NCBI GenBank assembly: GCA_976226885.1
Contig: OZ320314.1
Span: forward strand, 37,386,001 to 37,450,000
Source of the DNA: Iphione sp. A-MEVVRFRX5
Taxonomy: Eukaryota
Direction: 5' to 3'
Length of the DNA stretch: 64,000 bases
Shown here: positions 24,881 through 37,700 of the stretch, piece by piece
How the letters are laid out: the number at the start of each line of letters is the position of its first letter
Position numbering within the stretch: the stretch's first letter is position 1
Program-made: the position numbers and the translations under genes
The notes under the pieces: generated by a model
Databases searched by the model: none
What the model was told of the DNA's origin: nothing
The model's input: only the letters and a program-made list of their open reading frames with translations

Positions 24881-25959
24881 TCCGTGTATAATGAGGCATT
24901 AACTATTAATGTCCATACCCGGTACCATATGTGTTGCCAAGGGAGTCATCTCAATGCAACTCCCACGCCAAGCAAATCTCTCTTTTATTGCCCAGGCTTT
25001 CGGGGGAAAAAAGCACTGTAGGCATTCTTCTTTGTGTATCTGTGTGAGCGCAAAGCTGCTCTAGAAACCCTGGAGTGCTGAGATTTGCTTCGAGGTCTAT
25101 AAGACTATTTATATACATGTATGTGCTCTCTACGTGTTAGAAGTTTTATTATTTAAATCAAAGGGAGAAGCAAACCGTCCAGCTTGTTTGAAAAGTTTCC
25201 TCTGCAAGCTAGATTACTTTTTCCCTCTTCTAAGTAATTTAACCCAGGTTTGCACTGACTGCTGGCCACATTAGACTTATTCGTGCAATGGGTATGCAGT
25301 CAGTCCAAAGAGATATTACCCAATCAGTGAGGATGTTACCTAATGTGCAACGAAATGCACGGCTCACACTAAGCAGGCAGTAATGTTGCAGCCTCACCCG
25401 TTGAACAAATTCTTTCAGCACAAAATGTATTACTGTTCCAAAGCTTGATTTAACGGCAAATAAAAGAATGTTTTGAAGGGATACAAAGAACGTTGTAATA
25501 TATGATTTTAAAAATAGTCTATGGCTGCGTTTTGCGTAAACACATGGCTAATGGCCAAATCTGAGCGACAACATGTGTATTGGCGAGCAAAATCCATAAA
25601 CCAACATACACTTGAGCCTCAGCTATACTCCAGGGTCTCTGTGCCGCGGAAGAACTAGAGCAAACATAATATCCTTCCATTCTTACAGGAATAACTAGAG
25701 TGTTGCTAATGTAAGCATGTTATCGCTGCAAACTAACGCCACATCAGCGCCAGTCCATGCATTATTGAATACCAGAGCTACTTTCTGCCATTATTCTCAT
25801 GAATGGTTCCTTTGATGGACTTCTGAACAGGAGTTCACACTCAGGGAAATCAAACCTCTATTGTTGGAGCTGCAGCAAGATGCTGTATATATAGCCTAGG
25901 TAACAATTAATTGGGAGAATAATTAATTAATTGAGAGAATATCTAACTGATTATGAACA

Positions 25960-26292
25960 ACAAATAACTGTGTTTCCGGTAACCTGCCCGACCCTACATT
26001 ACATGTAGCCAATTGTAAATTATTATTTTTTTCTTATTTTTGAATAACATCAGAATGAATAATGATAGAGACATGTTCTATATACCAAAATACAGCCCCC
26101 CCCAAGTTACTAGCTTTCGTTTGCTATAAGTTTCATTAAAATCTAAATATTAGAAGTGATGTTACCATACACATTTCTTTTTCCCAGCCTGAATTAACAT
26201 TGAAAAAAAAAAGAAAAATAAAAAATAGTAGCTACTGACCGACCCTCTCCTTTTTGGGCTTGTTTCCAGAAACACAGAATTATTTTTAGGCC
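25960..26292. mobile_element. MITE-like non-autonomous DNA transposon with imperfect TIRs (GGCC terminus, possibly Zator-like)
   Basis: Left AAATAACTGTGTTTCCGG versus right CCAGAAACACAGAATTATTTTTAGGCCTA. Internal GACCGACCC/GCCCGACCC motifs occur near both ends. Confidence 0.6.
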
Positions 26293-28803
26293 TAAGTAAA
26301 CAAATAGTTTGAAGCCGCTCCAGCAAAGGATAACGTGCCTTTTGAAAGTATTTGATACAGATGCAGAGGTAGATTGAGAACAGTCCATTTGAAAATGGGA
26401 TCAGTAGAATTGACATGTTAGCATGGTTAGGATTCATGCCGTTCAGTTCTGTCATCAAATGTATAAGCATGATGTATAGAAATGAATCCAGAGGGAGTCT
26501 CTGAGTTCCGAGCATTTATTCAAAAGGAATGAGGCAATTTCTCTTTAGCGACTCATAAAGCAAACTGGAAAAAAACAGAACTTCAAAAACTGTTTTCCCT
26601 TTGTGAGACAAATCCAAACGCGCGCGTTTTCCAACAGCAGAAAGGAAACAAGTAATCTCTGATTACACAGATCCTTACAAGCGACGGGAATGCTTCCCAC
26701 ATCAGAACGTGATCGATCGTGTAGCCACGCGAGAAAACCCACGAGAGCGTGTGTGAGATGACGCCTGATCCAGCCCTAAAACACCTCGTCTCATCCTCAC
26801 GGGTTTAGCTCTTAAGACACTACCGGATTCAAAGATGCACATTCAGGTTATAATGCCTTGAGGATCGACTGGTCCCGTCCTATGGAATCAGGTGGCCTCA
26901 CCCAATCAGATGACAGGCTCGCTCTGCACATGGTGCACCGCAATATATCACCATGGGCAACGCAGAGTTATCCCCCTGTGTAACAATTTAACGCTGCACA
27001 TGTTTGGGGGCTTGCTATATTGGCGTCTTAAGGACCAATGATCACGTAATAAAGACGCTCCTTTCATTATTTGGTCGAATGTTCCCTTCATTTACGTTCG
27101 AGTTACCAAACAGAATAATTGGACCTTTGACGAATAGTGCAAAATTAACGTTTCTTCTCCAAGGTTTTATGGCCCTCTTTCTCACGGATGATGCATGGTG
27201 TCCAGTAATTACACTAAGACGAGCGGTGGTTTTTTAACAGGATGTAATAAAGCTAATATTATGGTCCGTGATGTCTTGGAAGGTATTCTCTAATTACTTT
27301 CATTCGAACTTCATCATTAAAACTATTGCCAGAACTTTGTTTCATCACAGAAAAAGGCATATTCCGAGTACTGTCGGAAAAAAGGTGCGTTCCCGTGTTG
27401 ATAATCTATCTGACATGGACTGTCAAAATTAGCAGCAGGCCCATCAGGGTAATAGAAAATGTGAGACTGTGAAGGACCAGGTCCTAGGATGAGAGCGACG
27501 ATATTGTCTTTACAGGCATAGAAAAAAGGCGTGTAGGAACAAGAGAAACGGAGACAAAGTTAGAACAGGTTTTAGTGATGCACAAACATACACAAAAATA
27601 TAGCGAATGAATCAATGCAAACTCTGCCAGTCTCTTTTGTTCAATACTTTATGAACTAATATTTTCAGTATACTGGGGCGTATCCCCCCAAAATGTTCCC
27701 TATTCCTCCGATACCCTTGTCAGGTTAGGGGGAGAGGTTATACTGTCAGGAAGAAATAACCGCTATGTACTGAGCTTATCATGAAGCGATCTTGGACATC
27801 TAAGTATGTAGTAGACACCTTCGTTGCCATCCAAACAGAGCCCATAGTTCCATACACTCAGTGGATCAGATGTGAGGACAGTAAGGTGGCATTCACATGT
27901 ACACGTATGATTTCCGGGTGAGAACTCTACTGGAGTCATAACTGGAGCCATCTGGAGCTATAACTAACCCCCGTGGATTTAGAATTTTAATTAATTACAT
28001 GTTAACCAGATGTCTTTCCCCATTGCTTCCTATGAAATATGGATCCATAGATGTAGAAAATCCATCCCTGACAGGTTCATCATCTACGTCTACAATTGTT
28101 TAAATATGGATGCAAATACATGTACATTTGCACCCTCCCATTAAATACGTAGAGGCAGATAAAATATGTGTATGGGTCCGGACCCATATATATAGGAGAA
28201 CGGACATATGTGAACAGCCCTTGACAGACCTGAAGGCCATACCAAGACCATACCCTTTCAAAGCTATTACATGAAGGGGTTTATCATGGATTTATGAGCT
28301 TTATGGAATATAAAGTGTATATGTCGAACAGAATCTTTAATAAAAGAAATACTTCTAAAATCTGAAAATACGGAACGGAGTGTGTCCCACCACACTAATC
28401 GGTGACGAAAAGGAAATCTTAGTGGAGGCTATGCTAAGGATGCATTGAATTTGCGAAAACATATGGTAGAATTTCTCTGAGGTAACAAAATGTATTGGAC
28501 TGATGAAAAACAGTGAATGTCACTGGAAGTTTCACTAAAGAAGTAAATTGATGGGAAACAACAAATATTTCAGGAGGTAATGCTAAAATATGTTCAATTT
28601 ATTTTGAAAAAAAACAGGGGAAAGGAAAGCGGGTTCCGGGACTCTCTTTTAACATTAAAGAAAGTTTATTCAAATGCAAAAAGAAAAATCTAACAATATT
28701 TCAACAGACTTTAAAAGAGCAATACATGCAATAACAATACTCTATCCATTGTACTGTTTCTATGGTATATAAGAACACCAGCTTCAAGTCATGATGGAAC
28801 CTC

Positions 28804-28815
28804 GGGTTCGAATCC
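28804..28815 (+). mobile_element. Isolated Pol III B-box (tRNA-derived SINE remnant)
   Basis: GGGTTCGAATCC with no cloverleaf around it. Confidence 0.3.
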
Positions 28816-28949
28816 GTACCAGATCAAATGAATGAAAGTTCTCAAGCAATCTGAATTCAAGGAAAAAATCAACAGAAACCACGATGTAATCCGAATTGAC
28901 AGGAAGATAACACGAGAATAAGGAATCATATAGGATCATATAGGAGCGA

Positions 28950-29200
28950 CGAAGGAAACAGATGGCAGGGGTGGTTTAAATCTCTAGAGCCCCTCGACCT
29001 ACGGACGGCTAAGGCGAGAGCAGAAATTTCGTCTCTGGAATGTAGTTTATCATACCCCCTCTCCCAGAGGACCATCACACATGACAGTTCATTGCTGCCT
29101 TCATCTATAGCTGGTAAATAGAACGTAGACTGACAGGCAGAACGAGTACGTATACCAGCTGCATGAAAATAAGAAAAATATGAGAAGTAAAAATAAAATT
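28950..29200 (-). mobile_element. Decayed 3' end of a CR1/L2-clade LINE ORF2
   Basis: The minus strand reads HAAGIRTRSACQSTFYLPAI...VLWERGYDKLHSRDEISALALAVRR, resembling the H.Y.TRS....L.LP...T......LWN.L...I C-terminal LINE motif. Confidence 0.4.
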
Positions 29201-32200
29201 GAAGCCAGTCAGCGAAATCAGCCGGTAGCAGGCACAAATACATGTACAGGAATAGACGAGTACAGAGTGAAGGAACTACAGCAAAACGTGAAGCTAGCTT
29301 AAAAGATGAAGAGGACTAGACAGAGATTTACAATATGATGGATGGTTTGGTGGTAGCCAGACAGTGTGGCTAGCCAGAGTGTTGCTGTGGGTGCGGCAAA
29401 GAGAGACTAAGAGGACTGTGAATTAGGGTGATAAGTCCTTAAAGGAGGACCGATCTTCACCGCAAGTTGCGGCGGTTTCTCACCAGAGGTCGCTTTTAGC
29501 GGCAGCTGCAGAGGCCCCCTAGGTTCGGTAATCAATGGCTCTCCCGCCTGTGATAGAGCGCAGGGCCACTCAGCATTGGCGTTCAGCTTAAAGCACTGCT
29601 ACCCAACGCTCTCGGCCGCTCTTGTCTCTCTCTCTCTCTCTCTTCTTTCTCCTCCTTCTATCCTTTACTTTTCTTGGGGGCGGGACGGGTTGAAAACAGG
29701 TTCGTTTCAGTCACCTCTGCATTTGTTTCAAACCGTGAAGTGCCTGGTTCTGTCTAGCGCATTTACTTCTTTTTCTCTATCTTCTTTTTGTTTATTTACA
29801 TAAAAGAAATTGCATTTATACTGTTGATCTATTATTTTTTTCTCTGGTGCTACCATCCTAGTTAACCCTTTGAGAATTTCGTTGGTGTCGGTTTTTCTTT
29901 TAATCAATTAGCATAAGTTTTTCGTATTTATCCATTAACCTCTCCTCAATAGCTATGACCACTCTCTATTCAATCTTCCACGAAAGCAACTTCCTAGAGT
30001 GTGAATTAACATTGCTTACATTGAACGTTTTACTCCAAAATATATGAGCGACAAATGCCTGCCAAAATAATCTTTATCTTCTCAGCCTGCCGAGCTGTAT
30101 AAGCAAGGAAACTGCGCCACAATAGAGCAACTACTCCAAACATAAGGAACGCTCATTCTGCAATCCATAGACAGTAATACTGATGAAGCCTTGACCTCAA
30201 TGACCTTAGGGCAAGACGCAGAATTGGCCTTATCATCGACGCACAAAGCTGGCTTTCCTTTCGCTTGGCCTCCCTCTTCCTTCTTTGTCTACACGAATGA
30301 GCTGTTGTGTGAGTCCAAATTGGCCGGCCGATGTTGGTTGGCCAAGTGTACATTGTCCAACATAGGCCTTCCTGTCTATTATTATTCATCTTTATTTACG
30401 CATACATATGTAGAGATTTGTTTCAGGTCGTTACATATGGCCATAGTTCAAGTCTTATGAACACACTTTTTGTATTTTTAATCTCGCATAGAAACCGACC
30501 TGCGATTGATGAATCCTTGCAACAAAAAGAGTGTCCGGATTACACTTAAATAAGTATATACCTTTAAATTAAACAATAACGTAATTATATGTATGATAGG
30601 ACACATAATGCCCTTATGTACACATTAAATGCAATTTCGTCTGAGATAGGTTTTAACAGTCAAACATAAAAGTCGAATTTACTATCGCATATTGCATAGG
30701 GACGAAAAAAATTATGAACATTTCTCACGGTTTACACTCACATTGTAACCACTTCATTCTTGTTGAATTTACCATCTAGTATTCGCATCATATACCCCAA
30801 GGCACAACTTTATTTGTTATAAAGAGGTCCCACTGAATTTATATTCTAAACATACGAAAAAAATCAACACTTCCCTAGAAAGCGTCTGTTTATGGATCAT
30901 AAAGCAGTACACCCAAGACAAGCTGGGTGGCGTTATTCCGTTCACCGAAAAACTGAACATCCTTCAACAGACAAAATGAAGTTGTCACTGAGAAACAGGC
31001 TATAAAATCGGATTTTGTTATATAGGATAATATGAGGCAAAACCAGAGAGTTTGGAAATATATGATCTTTTCTTGTAATTCTTTTGGAGCTGTTCTACTC
31101 ATTTTCAGTTTACCGCACCATCTTCTTCAGATGATTAACCTGAATAATAACAACAGCAGCAATAATATATATGTGCGTGTTCCATCCACCTGCTATTTCC
31201 CTCTCATCTATAAACGCATTCCATGCATCGTCCTTATTAGGTGAATTTTCACTTTGAATTTTCACATGAATAACCACTGGCCGATACACTAAGAAGGAGT
31301 GATGCTGGCTTTCCGTGTGACCTAAACCGTTATTCAAAAGTCCTGCATTTAGGGAGAGGTGTCTTCAATGGTTTGAATTTTAAGAGTCATGGAGACGTGC
31401 CCTTCTTTATGTGTCGGGGTAACTTCAGTGTTCGTCCCTTGGCCAATTACTGCGGCCGTATATTTTCTTGTATAGATCTTAAGCCGTTCAATATCGACAG
31501 CCACCCTGTCCTTAGAGAGGGACAGCCTTAGTATTTTCAAACTGTTTAATCTCTGTAATCCCGTGGCAGGAAATTATAAATGGGTTACTGATAAAAATTC
31601 AATTATCGCCCATTTTGATTACTACAATCAGGATACCCGTGAGGTAGGATGAATCACAGATCGATCAATTGTGCCTCGCTGTACAATGATGGCTCAGCAG
31701 CACCTTAAAGAAGCCTAAGATGAGATCTACTGAGCTTTCTTCAAAGGGCTGGTTATTTAGCTAGAGTAGTCGTGGTTTCGGTATATCCGGGCAAAGAACA
31801 TAAGAGATTATGTTCTTTAATTTTTGTGTATGGTCTACATATAACCTTAAACACTTCATGATTTATGGTCCATGATTTGAAGGGATTAAAACAAAGGAGA
31901 ACGTGATGGGCATTGGCAAAGAAAACGATAAAGAAATGGAGAGAATGTTACAGAATGAGTGAAATAAGAATGGAATGGAAGATAAAAAGAAAGACTGGCG
32001 ATTGAAGATTGAGCTTGAAATAAAATCCTGGTGTTAAGACAAAAAGACAATTTACAAAGAGACGACCTGTGTCAGGGACCGCTTTTAATCGAATACAACG
32101 GTTGACATAAATTGCGGACTAGACGAATTAGTCAACTGTGATAAACTGGATATACTCACGACAGCCTATGATTCTAACGACTTTTTTGTTACTTGCCTTT

Positions 32201-33539
32201 TAGGAAAAAGCTCGCAAAAGGTGAAAAACCGTCTTTGAAAGTACATTCAACCATCGGTATATCATTCATAATAAACTTCAGACCAATTAAACTGATATTT
32301 GATCTTCCCCATTTCATTTCTGTTTTCAGTGAAAACACCCCCACTTTCACGCCGTATACCGTGCATTCTGGTTTTCGTAGAAAGGTGTACATTCTCCAAT
32401 GCCTACTCTCCACACTATATAGACACAGCTTCAAATAGTTTCAACTCAGTACCTTTTTACCTGGCCTAAACAAATAATCAGCCTTACTGTTGACTCAGGG
32501 CATTGGCCCCGACCAACCGACCCCAGACTAGTTGATGTTCAGTTCAAGCTGCTTTTACACATCCTGCCCCTTGGCTAATATGTGGTCGGTGCACGGCTAG
32601 GGAGCACACACCCCTCTCATTCTTTATTGCTCCAATTAGGTCTTCGGCTCAGGAGGCGATCAGATCCCCTCAATAAAATATGGCGCAGGTCTGCTGGGAA
32701 ACGTCTCCGGAAGGGAGCCCATGGCGCCACGTAGGGTGTAAGTCATCTGTCCTGCTGCACGTGTTCCAAATACAGTTAGAACGCACTGCTTCGGACCTCT
32801 GGTCGCCCGTGTTTTGTCTAGACACACGAACAATCTGAAGAATTGGATCTTATACGATGTAAATGGTGACGTTTGGTTACCTCATAGGATTTAAAGTATT
32901 GAGGAATCCAAACGTCTTGACTCATCGAGATAGAGAGGTGTGACTGTACATGGATGCGTGCAATTTTCACAGCGTGTCGGTACCTCTCGCTCTCCCTCTC
33001 ACCTCCACCTCTTTAAACATTGGCTATCTGTATTTTCATCTTGCAGTCTGAGTACGAGGCAAATATATTTTCAAAATGGCTTAGCCAGTTGCAGGGACAA
33101 CTTTTTCAAATGAATATTAGGCCTTTCGATTGAAACAACCTAAATAGTTATTCACATACTGTCACCTGTTTTATATTTAAAGGTCGTATAAGCTTGGAGT
33201 AAAATTGCAAGAGAGCGACAGAGGTCGACTAATTATGATGAATGGCTTCATTTTGTCTAAAGGTACGACTCTTTCATGATTTACCCGTGTGAATCTATTG
33301 AAATTACCTTTTTTTCTTTAGAATAGTTAGTTTTCGTTTAAAGATGCCTCCGAACAGAGTTGCATGCCGCCTAATCCCCACTGCTGGTTCTGAATAAAGT
33401 ACTGCTGTATGACTCTTTCTTGTCGGCTTTAACTTGAACGCCTGGCTTATGGTTCAATACCCTTTTCTAGACTGCTGTCGCGATGACACAATGATTGTCT
33501 TATGCTAGTAAATGCCTCACAAGCCGCAACAAACCTCAT

Positions 33540-33564
33540 AATTATATTATATATATATATATAT
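33540..33564. repeat. (TA)n microsatellite
   Basis: Read directly from the sequence. Confidence 0.85.
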
Positions 33565-34731
33565 CTCGATACGCGACTAAAAAATCCTTTATTCATTACA
33601 AAGCTGCAAAGCATCTTGGTTTCACAGTCTTCCCAGCAACGATCAACGAGAGCAGGCTATAGAACATAAGCCTTCCCTCGACATATCTTACTGCCACTAT
33701 ATGGCTTACACATACATTTTCTCGACCAGATTGATTACATTCTCATAGGACATCAGATTGAATATACTCTCATAGGACATCATCCTAGTTTGCTTTGGAA
33801 CGTTACTGCTCATTTTATGAGCATTTTGAGTCATCTTTTCCTTGACAGGATGGATCTTACTTGTTTCTTGCCGATCTTACTTTCTTCACGGAGTTATGTG
33901 TGTAGCTCTTATTCAAGTTGATAACCTTCATCTTCCCTGCCAAGACAAGCCTCTCCACAGTCGTCATCGTTGATGTCTCTCTTTAACAACAGGAAATAGT
34001 TGGGGACTTTCAAGTACTCCAGCCCTGCTATCTTCTGATTTAGTACGAGGAAACCGTTAGAGTAAAGTTCATTTTTATGGGTGTGTGGGCTGCAAACTCC
34101 ATTTGTTCCAAAGGATTGGGCATAACAATCTAACTTTTCTTGGTGGGAGTCCTTCTTTATCAACTAAAAGACTTACAGGTGGCACCTCGAAATCAATCTG
34201 ACCAAGTGCACTTTCATGAAAGAACCTCATTTCTACAGCCGCCAAAGTAAAAGGTTTGGAGGTGGGTGTTTTGTTCGTCTTGTAGTGTCCTCTGGGCGTG
34301 CGAGGAGGGTATTGAAAGAGTTCAGCATTACCTTGTATAGAGTTCTTGGCTATGTGTCTGCTTTTGGGGATGTTTTCCATAGAAAACTGTCTTTCAACAG
34401 AATGATGTGGTTGTCGTGGCCTGAGGCTTAAAAATCGGTACAGAATGCAAACGTCGTTATATAGTTTTAGGAGTTTAGGTGTCAGAGGATTCATACGAGA
34501 GGTGTACTTGTATATGTCCAAATATGTCCAAAAAATATATATTTGGTATACTGACTCAACGGAAGAGAGCTTGGAAACATTATTAGAAATGGTAGATAAA
34601 TAGCTAGCCAAACATGTACATATATCTCACAATTGGAGATACAGAGATAGCTAGGTAGGTAATAAGGTGGTAGGGATTACAGATGGGGTGGACCACACAT
34701 ACACACAACCAGTAAGAAGCCGAGTTTACTC

Positions 34732-34905
34732 TCAAGACTGCTCTATGCAGCGTCCTTCCCGCAGGAGGACAAAAGCAGCGAACTGCCTCGAGGTAGGCAG
34801 CTGGTCCGACTGGGGAAGTGGAGGCATCGGCCTGTTGTAGTCGAAGAAAATCGTCGTTCGGAACTCGGTCGTACTAGAGCTAGTCGCCAGGCTTTCGCAG
34901 AGGAC
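34732..34905 (-). CDS. Possible terminal exon (VLCESLATSSSTTEFRTTIFFDYNRPMPPLPQSDQLPTSRQFAAFVLLREGRCIEQS*)
   Basis: Acceptor tattcaatag|, 57 open codons, GC-rich third positions. Family not recognised. Confidence 0.25.
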   Translation of the reverse strand, partial: VLCESLATSSSTTEFRTTIFFDYNRPMPPLPQSDQLPTSRQFAAFVLLREGRCIEQS

Positions 34906-36030
34906 CTATTGAATATACTATAGAATCTCGATATTGGGCCACCATAGAAACTTTTTGACTGACGTTGGTTTGGTTGAAACCAAGCTTTTGTATCTTTGTA
35001 TCACGTTTGTTAACATTAATCGTCGAGCATTAATCTACAGATTTGAATCACACATAATAGGTATTAATTTCTAGTAAAACGGTAGCATATATATAAACAA
35101 GTCCAAAACCTTTTAAACATTTTAACACTTATTTTAATTCAGCTGAACAAGTGCAGAGCAAAAGTTGAGAAAAGACGGATTTGTGAGATATCAGCAAGTA
35201 TGAGCATTAAGGACAGAGGGAGCCTTAGTAGGAGCAAGTAATTTGGTATCGGACCCTATGTCACAGCCAGCAAATCCTCCCCTGATGGTTACCTTCCTTT
35301 CCATGGGAATTCAGTCAAAGGTGCTCCTCTACCTCATCAGGGTGGCTAAAGTTGCTGGAGGACACGAGCTGGCGGGCGGTTTGAGAAATAAATACCTAAC
35401 CACACCACTGTGTGAGTATCATGTACTGACTATTGGAGGCCAGCGGTGGAGGTCCTGCGGGAGGCCTGCTGGGGTCCTAGTAAGGAGCTGCAGTGATCTG
35501 GGGGGGATATGGCTTCCTCGGAGGCAGTGCCTCAGACGGATCAGTGCTAGCGGGAAACAAGAGAGAAAGAAATACCTCTAGCTTCAGCGACCAGCTAGGC
35601 CTGCGCTCGTCAAGGTCCGGAGAGCAAATCGATGTTTTTTTGTCATATCAAATACAAATGTCACCATTGGACAAGGATGTCCAGGGGACCCTATAACCAT
35701 GGAGGACCCATGACACTGTGAATACAAAGCAGACGTGTAGAGATGTATTTACCAGGGTATAAAAAGACAAAATGCTATTATAAGACGGGAAACAATGGCA
35801 GGGCCACACCGTAATCTTATATATAATTTGTATATTTTCAATGTGCATGAATGTAACACGTGGAAATGTCATAGATGAAACCGTAGTAGACTTAGCAACC
35901 ATGAAAATGTGTCCATTGCACTAGGCAATGTCATACTTTTTTATGTTATCTATATACATACATAATCTGTGTATTACATATATCTATATTTGCAATTGGG
36001 CTATCGCTAGTGGCCAAAATACGTTTACAG

Positions 36031-36178
36031 CTCACTTTATGAGGAAGTCGGGGAAGAGTGCATTTTGATGTCGGGGATCGAAAAGAAGAATATTGCATTC
36101 CGGCAGTGTCCAGTGAAACGTCAATTCACAGGAGAAGCGTGTTCTATCGAGTACAAACAGAATAAATCAATGTATTAA
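36031..36178 (+). CDS. Possible terminal exon (SLYEEVGEECILMSGIEKKNIAFRQCPVKRQFTGEACSIEYKQNKSMY*)
   Basis: Acceptor tacgtttacag| followed by an open frame to TAA. No homology recognised. Confidence 0.2.
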
Positions 36179-37285
36179 CTACAGGAAAAAGTAAAAGCCA
36201 GTCGATATATTTCGTACAAGACGTATTGAGGAACATTTAATCGATTGTGATAATCCAGTCAAATAATATATACATGTATTTACAATAACATGTACTAGTA
36301 CAAAAACATTTTTTTTCAAATTCAAACCATGCTGACTACTTCAAATACTCGCAGGGAAAGGTTCATTACTGAAATGATCAGGTGTGGACTGCAGAAACGG
36401 TGCATTCCTATTCCTGGCTGAAACTGGCTGAGAGGTAGACCAGCTGGTACATTTCGGATCAATTTACACAGGAGTATAGATGACAGAATTAATTACCATA
36501 ATGATAAGATGAGCCAACGAAAGGTGTTTCATCTCTCGGTTTATCGGATATCGGTTTCTGGATCTTGCGGGACAGGTGGACGGGTATGTGATCCGAAAAC
36601 ATCAAATTAAAAGCCCAATATAACCTCCATTAATATTAGCTACCACAATACCTTGCATCGTCTCCCAGGGACCTGCTTAACGTCTCCCCCTTCCACAATA
36701 GCCATACGGACGAACCTAACCTCCTCACCTGTGTCGATGCCCAAGGTTGCTTCGGCCAGCCAGCAAATCGATCGATCATTGCCCGAGTACATCTTTATGT
36801 CGGTGACTGAAGACATTCACAGCGACACCGCGTAGCACATTAGAGCGACATTATGAAAGATGGGAGAGAAGAATGATGGAGAGACGGGATAACAAGATTG
36901 AAATATCCTACTACAGACAGTTGTAACGCGTAGTAGCACGCATATTATAGCAAAGAAGGAAAGAAAACGGTAGTCAAAGAGCAGGAGGTGTGTGGTGCAG
37001 GGGCCGAGATCAAGAAAAAAATAATTGGGAACCAGAAAGGTAATAGTCATTTGCCTCAGAAGGGGCACAAGGGGTGGAGTGCCTGACAACAGAAACCGTG
37101 ATTTACACGAGAAGTTACCGACTGAGGAGTCGCCATACACAAGGGCTGTCTTCGACCTACCCCCCATTAACTCTGACCCAAAGCTGTCTGGCGAGGGGCT
37201 AGTAGTAGTTTGCTGGGAGGGGAGGTTGGAGAGGAAGTGAAAGGAGCAGGCGGAAAGGCAGGGATGGAAGGAAGGAGAGAGAGGC

Positions 37286-37700
37286 GGGATGGGGAGGGAG
37301 GGACTACGCGGGGCGGAGGGATTGGCGGTGCCTCGTCGGAACCACGCGAGTAATGGCACGCTTCATCACATCAGCGCCTGCGCGGGGCGACCGACGATTC
37401 ACCGCCCCCACGCGGCCGCCGCCCGTACTGTGAGACTGACGGCGCTGCAGGAATCGCTACCACTCACGCGGCGAACCGCCTCACTCACCGTGCGGAAAAT
37501 CAAACAGTCTGCGCCGAGGAAAAAAGTCCCCCCGCCTTTCATTGCTTCTACTCCTACTCCTCCTCCTCGTCCCCACCATCGCCACTACCGCCGCCGCCAC
37601 CACCACCGCCTCTCTTTGTCGACTAATTGAAACCCAACGGCGGGCCTTGGAGGAGGAGGAGGAACTATGGCCTGCACCCCACACACATTTTCACTCACGG
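37286..37700 (-). promoter_or_regulatory. CpG island with first-exon-like minus-strand donors, GC box and CCAAT
   Basis: Very CpG-rich. Minus-strand donors CG|gtgagt (37488) and GC|gtgagt (37467); GGGGCGGAG near 37310; GATTGG near 37320; (GGC/GGT/GGA)n tracts typical of 5'UTRs. Confidence 0.55.
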
